Shown piece by piece: positions 53,621 through 64,000 of a DNA stretch of 64,000 bases (its first letter is position 1; the number at the start of each line of letters is the position of its first letter). The position numbers were made by a program, and so were the translations under genes. The notes under the pieces are model-generated. The model was not told the DNA's origin. It ran no database searches and saw nothing but the letters and a program-made list of their open reading frames with translations. Source of the DNA: Camelus dromedarius (Eukaryota); assembly GCF_036321535.1 (NCBI RefSeq), contig NC_087447.1:33792001-33856000 (forward strand), given 5' to 3'.

Positions 53621-54771
53621 TAACAAGCATGCAAACAACCCACAATGTGCTTTAGAGCAAAAGCATGATCAAGTTGCTTTCCAGGCTAGCAGTTTATCTA
53701 CTTAAGTCAGTTTTAGCTCTCAAAGGACACCAGAGATTATAACTCAGAAACTTCTCAAGGATTCAGTCCAATATATATTACCAACTACATTTGAGAACTT
53801 TTTCTTTTAATTCGCCATCTGTATTTTTTTCCCACTGAACCAGTGAGAGAGGGAAAGATACTAAATAGACACACTGTTGATAATGGAAGGCATATCTTAG
53901 CAGTACGCCCCATGATGCCCTTCCTTGCCAGAGGACCGTGGGATGGAGCCTTTGATGTCTTGATGAGAACTGCTGAAGGAGCTGACACAGTTCTAACAAT
54001 TTTATTATTTTTATTTTATTATTATTTTTATTTTAGCGTTCTAACAAAAGTGTCACAAGTCCAGGCTTGCTGACAATGATTGGCCACAGGGGAAAAAAAA
54101 AATCTCAAAATTGTGTCTCAGAATGAAAGAAGTATATATACAATATACACCAGTAATATATTATTCTATTTGATATATAGAATATTATTTTAATGATATA
54201 ATTAAATGAGATAATGCACATACAGATCTTAGACTGAGACTCAGCACAAACAGGAAGCCCCTGTTGTATGTTAGCTATTCTTTTGATTCCCTTTTTTTAA
54301 AAAATGGAAGATGAGTTTCTGAGTGCAAGTCTACTTCTCTTCCTCCTTCCCCTCCTATGCTGACTAGTAGTAATTCTATAACTATTTGGCAGCTGCTTTG
54401 GGAAACACTTTGAATATATTTTCTCATTTAACTCCCCAAAAAATCTTATGAGAGAGGTACCATCATTATACTCCACTTCAAAAAGATAAACATCACTTGC
54501 CCAAGATCGCATAGTTTGAAAGCAGTCGAGGAGAAATTCCGTGCATGTAGTCTGGCTCCAAAGCCAGGACTCTTAATCCCTGTGTAAGAAATTCCAAACC
54601 AAGTTGCAGAATGCTTTTATACCAATTTATTGTGTGAAAAAGTTCAGAAAATATTGATCCCAAACTATGAAGCCTTGTACATCGTAGTTCACATACCCAG
54701 CACACTAATACCTAGTGAAAAGAGAGGCCAGGGACATAGATTCAGAAACAATAAAGATGATAGCAAACACG

Positions 54772-55044
54772 TACAGTCCTCCCCCGGATGCTCAAATCCC
54801 CTCTATAAAGTGGCATAGTATTTGCTTGTAACCTATGAACATCCTCTCATATACCTTAAATCATTTCTAGACTACTTATAATATTCAGTACAATGTAAAT
54901 GCTCTGTAAATAGTTGCCCGTACCCAGCAAATTCTAGTTTTGCTTTTTGGAACTTTATTAAAAAAAATTTTTTTTGACTCTTTCTGATCTGTGGTTGGTT
55001 AAACCTGCAGACATGGAACCCGCGGATGCAGAGGGCTGACTGTA
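54772..55044. mobile_element. MER2-like TcMar-Tigger element, internally deleted
   Basis: TA-CAGTC ... GACTG-TA termini (TA duplication plus TIR remnant). Body homologous to 7084-7399. Confidence 0.8.
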
Positions 55045-57741
55045 CAGTACTCACTTTGTATCAGACATTGTCCTAAGCACTTTATGAACTCATTCAATTT
55101 TGCAATAACTCTGAGGTAGGTACTATTATTATGCCCATTTTTCAGAAGAGGAAATGAGGCAGGGAGGTTTAGCAGCTCATGCAACATTGCACACTACTAA
55201 GTTTTGGATGTGGGATTGGAACTCAGGGAGTCTGACACCAGAGGCCGTGCTCCAACTCACCATGGTAGATTGTCCCAAATGTTGCTATCACATAGCTGGT
55301 GATGTCAGTTACCAAAGAAATGATCCAACCACAATTACGCAGCCATAACAAACTTAAAAATTCCCTAAAATTGAAGCTACAAAGTCTTTCACCTTATCTT
55401 AAGAGAAGCAGATAAATAGAAATTTTAAAACAGTAAGTCCAGTTGCTGTGGGTATTCTAGCCAAATTTTTATTCACCAACTCACTCTCACATTTTCTTGT
55501 TATTATTTCTTTATCATTCCCATAAATATGCACACACACACACACACACACGGCTCCTTCAGAAAAACTCAGCCATTATGCCTGTCTTTCAGAATTATTC
55601 TGACTCTTCACACTTGAGACTTGTAGCTCCCTGAGTCGCAATATGCCTGAAACAAAAGAGGAGATCAGTTGAAAAACACGAGTGGATTTTCTTAGAAAAT
55701 TGCAGGCTTCCATCACAGGGCTGTTGTGAGGATCAAAGTGAGAATGTGTGTAATCTCTCTTTGAAAATTCTGAAGCTCTTCAGAAATGTAAGGGATCATT
55801 ATTGCCACCGTAGTAAAAACAAAACCCCAAGCTCTCTTCCCAATACAATTCCTCCAAACACAAAATCAATGGGAAGGCAAGGACTGTGGTTAAGTCTTTC
55901 TTTTTATTGTGTCAGACTTTAGAGTTTTAATGTTTTTTTTTTTAGTTGTTATCAATATTTGTTTCACTGGGGTTGCCCGAGACATGCGCTAGCTCATGAA
56001 GACCGTGCAGTGTGATTCATTTATAAATTCGCTAACAGATAACACATTTATTTCAGGAAAATTTGCATTTGTCATTGCGATAATTGAATTCACTGCTCAA
56101 CACATGAGTAAATTCCTTAAAGAAGTCTTTGTGTTGTACTGGGGATTAGGCAAGTTCTGCCTGAAATGAATTTCTTTCTGCAGCATGAAAAAAGTAAATT
56201 GGAAAAAGATGCTAAGATGATCCTTGGATATGATGACCTCAGTTGAACCAACTTGCCCTGTGGTCTAAGTAAAGCCATAAAATTTATCTGGACCTTGCTT
56301 TTCTTGGCTCCAGAATGGGGAGGGTGGACTCGAATTTCGTGATCCCTTCAGGTGTCTAATATTTTAAGATTCTATAATTCTTCCCTTCTGAGGTGCCCAA
56401 AAGATTAAATGTGGTGCACCGAGGCCCTAACAATGGATAAACCTTAGTGCTCCAGGAGGAAATGTCAGACTTCACCCTACCTTCACTATAATAAAAAATA
56501 CCTATGAACCCCTTACTTTATAGTTAACAGAGAGTTTTCACATCTGTCATTTCATCTGACCCTGACCATAAATTTTGCTGTGGCAATTTTTGTTCCATTT
56601 TACAGACAATGATGGAATTGAACTCAGAGTGAGTGGTTCAACGTCTCTTCGAAAATTCCACACGTAGTGAATGGTGAGTCCGGACTCAAACTGTAGGTTT
56701 GGGGTAGTATCATTTTAGTATTCCATGATGCCTGATCATTTATTATAGGGCAAGACTTTTACTTCCTCCTTATGGATTGTGAATGTTAGTATTGAAAATG
56801 ATGCTGGTGACCCAAATACCTTCTCATGAAATGATGGTGAAAAACTGGTTGACCAAGAAAGTTTTAAGCCGTATGGGAACTATTTCATAAACACTGTAAA
56901 GGGAAAAAGTCCCACAAAAATACTAAATGCGCTATCTCAGCGTTCACTTACACTCTCATTCATTCTTTCACAGATTCAGCACGTATTTGTCAAGTGTCTA
57001 CTCTTGCTAGGCATGGGGTTAGGAGGCACAGCATTGACTAGGGCCAAGTTCCTGCTCTCATGAATGTAAAATCTGAATGGAAACCAGACAAACAGGAATT
57101 GTTAGGAGTGCTCTGCTAGGAAATGGTTAGTTGCTACCGGAGCGGAGAGAACAAACTTGTGACTGGAGCAGTGAGAAAAGGCTTCCCAAAGGACACAGCA
57201 GTAAGCGGAGGAGATCGCTGGTAACATGAAAGGAGAGGGAGACAGGCCACGTGGAAAGAAGAGCACGCGCAGAGGCCATCTCGCCTTTGCTTCTGTGAAG
57301 TGATCACCTCTTTTTAAAATATGTTTCTAAGATTTTTAAAGTACACAGATAATGAGTGTGTTGTGTCATATGAAATAATATAAAGGTCTACAGAGAATAA
57401 GTTATCATTCTCTTTATCTCTGTTCGCTTTCCGTTTCTACGCGACCAAGAGGAATTGCTTTCGTGTGGAATCTTCCTCTTCTCGCTCTCAAATAGTTATG
57501 ATGGAGCTAATTTGTTTTGAAATATTGGGACCCAGACAGTGAGATATTATGTGTGTGTTAGTTGGTTTAAGTCACAAGCCAGGAACAGTCAGATGCCCTA
57601 ATCCACACATGGCTACTATAAACTGCTTCAGCAGTCTTCATCTTTGATGGACACTAGGACACTTTGCTGACTGTCTAGCGAATGTCAGAAGTGGGTTTTT
57701 CACAATATAACAGAAAAGAAACAATCTCCCAGTTGTAGAGA

Positions 57742-58015
57742 AGGAACTAGTGGTTACCAGTGGGGAGAGGGAAGAGGAAGGGGCAAGATGGAGTTGGAGG
57801 ATTAAGAGATACAAACTATTAGGTATAAAATAAACTATGAGGACGTATTGTACAGCATGGAGAATACAGCCAATATTTTATAGTAACTATAAATGGAGTA
57901 TAACCTTTAAAACTTTGTGAATCACCATATTGTATACCTGTAACATAAAATTGTACATCAACTAAACAATTTAAAAATATGATATTGTAAAATAAATACA
58001 TAAATAAATTTAAAA
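57742..58015 (+). mobile_element. L1 3'UTR fragment
   Basis: ACTAGTGGTTACCAGTGGGGAGAGGGAAG...GTACAGCATGGAGAATACAGCCAATATTTTATAGTAACTATAAATGGAGTATAACC. Confidence 0.85.
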
Positions 58016-58689
58016 ATGGTTAAAGAACTGGGTTCTTCACAGGTGAAATTAGTAACTTGTTTGTATGATAGATGTTAAAATAGGCTTTCATTGGTGGAAT
58101 TGGTGGTACTCAATTATATATGGCTTATCTAAATTCTTTTAGAGACACTCCACTTCCTTGCAATGGATAGGGTTTAAGACTCTAGTAAGGTCTATAGTCT
58201 GCTGCCTTAGGGATGGTGTCTGCGGTCTGATCCTGAAGTGTCCTGTCGGTTTGTTTCGGGAGGTTTCTGATGGCCTGATACAGACCGTAAGGGAAATAGA
58301 ATCCCGCCTCTGCAGTGCTGTCACACCTGGCAAAAGGGAACCTGCTGTGCAAGGTTGTGAGGAAAGCAACCAGAGCACAGAGCTGGACTTAACTGTGCTT
58401 CCAGAGCTGGTGATGTGACCTGTTTGTGCTTGTTTGCTAATCAGTGTTCTTTTATGCAGCAGAACTGAGTTGGACACTTGTTTTTATTACAGCCCTGTAG
58501 TGAGATTTTGGGGGAAAAGCTAACTCTACCTATCTAAGACTATTAAGAATTTCATATTATTTACCAAAGTGACCCTAAGAGTGGTACATGTCTAAATTGG
58601 CTTAGAGAAGTTCACAGTACATGCAGATACACACACACATGCATATACTCAAAGTTTTAAAAAGTAAAAATGTATTATACTAGATTCAT

Positions 58690-59700
58690 TTCCCTGGTTT
58701 TTTTTTTTTTTCATTTACTAAATATATCATGGTCCATCTGGGTTAAGAGATAAAGATAAAACTTTGTTTAGAGGCTGAAAAAATTCTATAGAGCAGATAC
58801 ACTCATTTATTTTACCATTTGCCACATACTATTATTAATGAATACTTCCAGTTTTATTTTACTTTTGTTTTTATGACTGTAAGCATTGCTATAATAAGCA
58901 CTCTTGAATCTATACCCTTATTTTTATGTTTTATTTCTGTGGAATGTAGTTTTTAAAGTAGGATTGTTAGATCACATGGAATTAATACATTCAAATAAAG
59001 AATATTTTAATACATAGTGCCAGATGACTTTCTAAAAAGGTCGTAGTAATTGACAAATTTCCACATCCCAATAATTTATGGAAATGTTAATTCTCTAGCA
59101 TCCTCTCCGGTTCACAACATTATTGCTCTTTTTATACTTTGACAATTTGATGAGTCAAAATGGTACATCATTGTTACTGTACTTGGCATCTTCCTGACTA
59201 CTGAACTTAAGCCTTTTTTTGTATTTTGGATCACCTCTTATGTAAATTTCCTGTTTATATTATTTGGCCAATTCTAAGGTCTGCCTTTTAAGATTTGTAG
59301 GAGCATTTGATAGAAATATTAAGTTTTTGTTTGCCATATATTTCATATTTTTTTCTAGATTATGACTTGCTTTTTGATTTTGTCATGGCATACTTTGCAA
59401 TATGAAAAACATCTCCTTTCCTTTATGGCTTCTGGGTTTCCTGTAATTAGGATGGTCTCCCACATAGTAACTTTTCCTTCAAATATTTTTCAATTTTATT
59501 TTAAAACACTCAAATATTTAATCCATCTGTAAGTCTTACATAAGATGTGAGTTAAGGGGCTTTTTCCTTCCAGGAGGAGAGCCAATACCATTTATAAAAT
59601 GAACCATCCATTTTTACTGAACTAGAATGCCACATCTCATATTTTAAGTTCTCAAATGCACTAAATCTTGTTTTAGATGTGTTTATTTGGCTCTGATGCT
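58690..59700 (-). mobile_element. Ancient, highly diverged L1 remnant
   Basis: T-rich antisense L1-like motifs (GTAGGATTGTTAGATCACATGG, AAATGGTACATCATTGTT, TTAATCCATCTG). Boundaries approximate. Confidence 0.5.
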
Positions 59701-59977
59701 TTCATTTTCTTTTCTTTTTCTATGCTTTTGCCAATTCTTTACTGAGAGAACAGGAGACTTACGGCAAGTCTTACTTTCCGTGGCTAGTTGTTGTTTATTA
59801 ATAAAAATTAATTAATTAAAGGAAAAAGCAAATTATTTAAACTTTAAAAGCTTATTATTCAGAAAAAAACCAAATGGAAACAAACAATAAAACCAGCATA
59901 ATAATAAAACTAGCAACTTTGGGAATGTCCTTTACTTCCCTCAACCTCGGTTTGCCCATCTGTAAAATGGACATTTA

Positions 59978-60109
59978 TTTATTTTGGGGAGGAGAGTAAT
60001 TTGGTTTATTTATTATTATTATTTTTAAATGGAGGTACTGGGGATTGAACCCAGGACCTCAAGCATGCTAAGCATTGCACTCTACCACTGAGCTATATAC
60101 ACACCCCTC
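59978..60109 (-). mobile_element. tRNA-Ala-derived SINE (Vic-1-like) inserted in a MIR remnant
   Basis: GGAGGTACTGGGGATTGAACCCAGGACCTC...CTCTACCACTGAGCTATA. TSD AAAATGG[A/G]CATTTA at 59964-59977 and 60110-60123. Confidence 0.9.
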
Positions 60110-62196
60110 AAAATGGGCATTTACAATGACCACTTACTCCACAGGTTTATTGCAAGAAGCTAAAGAAATGAGACATAGAAAATAGTTTGTAAATTCTAAT
60201 GCATGTTGCAAACATTATATATTTTGTAATGTGTGGGGCACCTGTTTCCATACGGACTATGAATAAGTACATAAGCATAATGACATCTTATAAATCATGA
60301 GTGTAGTCTTGTTTCTCCCACTCACAACAGAGGAATGGTCTACAAGGCATTAAAATCAAATGTGTTTTCAAAGTCCTGGCCAGCTAATTGGGAGGAACTA
60401 TAGAAGACAAGTGGAGATGATGAACAATGCAGTGTGGAAAAGCTGCCTCCCCAAATCCCCAGGTTAAATAGACTTAAGCATCCCGTGAGGAAGCCTTGTC
60501 TGGGGAGGAGTCTAAGGGGATCATTGCCCCATGGCAGGCTGGGTGAAGGGTGAAAGGTTAACAGGCCAATCCCAGGACAAGGTGTCAGCCCAAATTAGGT
60601 GTTTAAAACGTTTGCTGAAGGACTTAGACTGCTGAGTTCTTTATTTCCAATAGCAAAAGTATTCAAGGAACCAAAAAAAGACTTTTGTATGGAAGAATTC
60701 AGGAAACGTAGTTGGGTTCTCTCTTCTCCAAGGGAACCAGAAAGGTTAAAAATGTTCCCCCTATTTCGAGGAGACAATTACAGATAAAAAACACTGAAGC
60801 TCGTTTTGTGTTCTGAGAACCAGCATCATATTAGCATGACTCCTTGTTCAATAACTTTCATTTGGAATTACTCTTCCACTGAAAGCAAACAGAACCACCA
60901 AGAAGTACGTGTGTTTGCCTGGTACTCTGATGTCCAAATACTTTGAATAGCTCTTACACTTTTTAGAGCTATTTAGAGAATTTTCTGGTAAAAACTAGGC
61001 TTGAGGCAACGGCAGTAAGGAGACAGTTCCAGCATACGAGGAGAGAAACTCATCAGACACCTGCCCCCACCCCCGAACCCCACACACTCCAAGGCCAGAA
61101 AACTTTTTCTTCAGTCATCTTGCAAAGTACTTAAGCCTTGGCTTTGGCTATGTTGTTATTTAATAGTAATTCTATCACAATGAGATTATGAACCTGGAAA
61201 AATGGAGTTTTAAAGAGAGAGAAAAATATTTCTTTACACGTTTCACAACGTACTCTGAACAGGCCCCTGGTCAACTTTATCCAGACCCAGAATTCATTTC
61301 ACCTTTCTGGACTCTGAAGATGTTGGCAGAGGTCAGATGCAAAGAATCACATTAGCATATGAACCTGGCACCAATTAAGAGTTTCCCTTGATTTTACAAT
61401 GACAGGCCAGAAAATGTTTAAAACCAAAGTCACTGTACATGAAATGAACTCCAAACTCTATACATTACAAAATTTAAAAAGTTAAGTGTATGGATCCAGA
61501 TGAAAGGTAAATTTGTGGGGAGTGGGGTGCTGGTAGTGGGAGTGGCCATTACTCAATGCCCAGCAGGAATTGCAAATAGAATTCTTTCAGATAGCAAGGT
61601 GACTTTGTGGGTTTAAATGATATGGTACAGAATCACTAATTCAAGTTGTATGATACAGAAAAGAAAAAGAGGAGTAGTACACCTTCTGCTTAAGATTAAA
61701 AACAAAAAATCAAAAAAGCAACAACAAGCCTGAAACCCCCAATGAAAGCCTTCTCATCTCAGGCCTCTTGTGATCAAGGGCACGGATTCCAAAGATAGCA
61801 ACCAGAGGGGTAGGTACTCTCTGTACAAGATGGAACAAAGCCACCCGCCTTGGGAAGCTGGCCCAGATGATCCCAAGTTTCTAGAGGGGTTAGCTTCTCC
61901 TCCCCGCCGTTCCCTTGTTCTCTGAACAAGTACTTCCATGGAGCACTTTCTTCCCAGTATCCTGCCCACCTCCACGCAATGGGCTTTGTGTCTGTTTCCA
62001 TATACCCAGCAGAGTCCCCAGCACATGGTAGAAGTTTGATCACATTTTATCAAATAGAGTAAACAAGGAGGAGGAGGGAGGAAACCTAGGAGAAGTTCTT
62101 GCGAGCCCTGAGCTCTTCAGGAGTTTTGGGGAAAGTGTGGGTGCAGGGACTGCATTTATTCAACAAATATTTATTCAATACTTATGACCTGCCAGA

Positions 62197-62610
62197 TACT
62201 AACTACTATATATAAAGCAGATGAACAACAAGTTTCTACTGCACAGCACAGGGAACTATATTCAATGTCTTATAGTAACCTATAATGAAAAAGAATATGA
62301 AAAGGAATATATGTATGTATATGTATGGCTGAAACATTGTGCTGTACACCAGAAATTGACACAACAGTGTAAACTGATTATACTTCAATTTAAAAAAAAA
62401 AAAGGAAAGGAAAAAAAAAAAGATTAGCAAGGTTATAGTGTAGACCAGAGACTGGCAAACTTTTTCTGTAAAGGGCCAGGTAGTCAATATTGGTCATGAG
62501 GGCCTCTAGTTCTCTGTCATGTGACTCAGAAGAAACTCTAGACAGTATACAGATGGGCGTGGTTGTGATCCAATAAAACTTTATTTATATGCATTGGAAA
62601 AAAAAAAATC
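62197..62610 (+). mobile_element. 5'-truncated L1 with a ~180-nt 3' transduction
   Basis: L1 3'UTR plus A-tail (to ~62421), extra sequence with a MER58-like fragment, second A-tail 62598-62608. TSD TATGACCTGCCAGA at 62183-62196 and 62611-62624. Confidence 0.85.
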
Positions 62611-64000
62611 TATGACCTGCCAGACACTGTGCTAAATGCTGCAGATAAAGATAAGTAAGACCCAGTTGCCACCTTCAGGAAGTTTATAATCTACTAGATT
62701 ATAATGAAGCCAACACAAGTTATAGCAATGGAGGCAAGGAAACAACATGGGGAAAACACAGTGAAAAGTGGAAGGGCATTTGCAGCCAGAGGGAGCTGGT
62801 TTGGATGCTGCTTCTGTCATTCACAAGCTGGGTTAACCTGCTAACGAAGTAGTATTAATCTAACCTCTTATTACATCACTTAACTTCCATGAAAAATTCT
62901 GAATAATACTCACTTTATTGGGTCATTTTAAGATTATATTTTTTTAAAATGACAACATTTAGCAATCTCTGGCACTTAGCAGGAACTCGGTTATACACTT
63001 AATGAAAAGTAAGGGTAGACTATACAATTATTTTTATGCTATGATAGTAGGTACATTATAATTGTATATGCTTGTCGGCCAACTTTGAGAGACACCACGA
63101 AAAATAATAAAAACTGTGTGGAGGGGGGATTCGAGGTGATTTTTTTTTTCTTTTCTCTTTCTCTTTCTCAAGGTTTTTTATTATGTCACAATGTTCCCTG
63201 GAAAATAAATGAGAGTTATAACTTTTGAGTCCAAGTCATTTTAAGATTGTTCCCAGGAGGATAAGAGAAACCCATTTCAATAATGGGCATATGAACTTGC
63301 TATTTTCCAGAAGAGATCGTTTGTAGAAAATCAAGGCATGACATGTAATAGCCCCCTTTTTTTTTCCCACTAAAAGAAAATTAGAGAAATCTAAAAATCA
63401 GATGTAAAATTTTCCAAGCCTGATTTTGTTCATTACACAAACCCTTCTTTTCTTTCTGTTTGTGCCAAAGATCATTTGCATTTCAAAGGCCTGCAGACCA
63501 AAGAGGACCCTCACAAAGCACTAAGAACTCAGTTTTGCCAGGGCAAGAGAGTGCACCCCCTTTGGCCGTGTCCTCCAGTTCACACCACCTCGAGGACCAG
63601 GAACACGGCAGAAATGTGGGAAGTGGGGGAGTGAGTGGTGGGGCCTGGAACCATCTGGATATCAAATTCCGAACTTTTAAAAACACAATGCCAGCTAAGC
63701 AAAAATCCTCTGGCTGGGCTCTCACTCCTCAGCCTTTGGCCCCTGGATAAATATGCTACAGACCCCAGGGGCCAGCGTGATCTTTCTAAATTGCAGATCA
63801 GATTAGATCACGACCCTGCTTAAAGACTTCCTGCGGCTCCCTGTGCCCCCTCAAATAAAGACAAACTCCTCTGCAGGCAGACAAGGCTCCTGCCTGCTTC
63901 TGCAGCTTCACAAGCTGTCCGTTGCCCTTGCTCACCCGACTCTTACCCCATACATCTCAAATCCAGGCAGACTGACCCTCCTATGGTGCCCCAAGCACAT

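Noticed and set aside
32000..64000. Short ORFs (60-125 aa) in the intergenic half
   Set aside because: No recognisable protein similarity or consistent splice structure; many overlap MIR, L2, L1 or LTR remnants.

Overview
Mammalian genomic DNA, very likely camelid because it carries several tRNA-Ala-derived SINEs resembling camelid Vic-1. Two tandem minus-strand genes occupy the left half. PRMT3 coding exons 1-7 span 14488 down to 3493, and the gene continues past the left edge. HTATIP2/TIP30 is complete, with a 242-aa CDS in 5 exons from 31235 down to 17872, plus an upstream exon that can add a 37-aa hydrophobic N-terminal extension. Each gene has a CpG-island promoter. From about 32 kb to 64 kb the DNA is repeat-rich and intergenic; by recalled human synteny it runs towards DBX1/NAV2. 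The most notable signals are retrotransposition products readable directly from the sequence: a full-length U6atac snRNA copy fused to a young L1 3' end inside a TSD (41447-41755), an L1 3' transduction carrying a MER58 fragment (62197-62610), two L1 insertions stacked at one site giving a triple 17-bp TSD (4640-5238), and a twin-priming L1 inversion (33379-33632). Also noted are an out-of-frame uORF overlapping the long-HTATIP2 start codon and two near-identical divergent CTCF-like motifs bracketing HTATIP2. Repeat family names and human comparisons come from recalled consensus or protein sequences, not from a database search.
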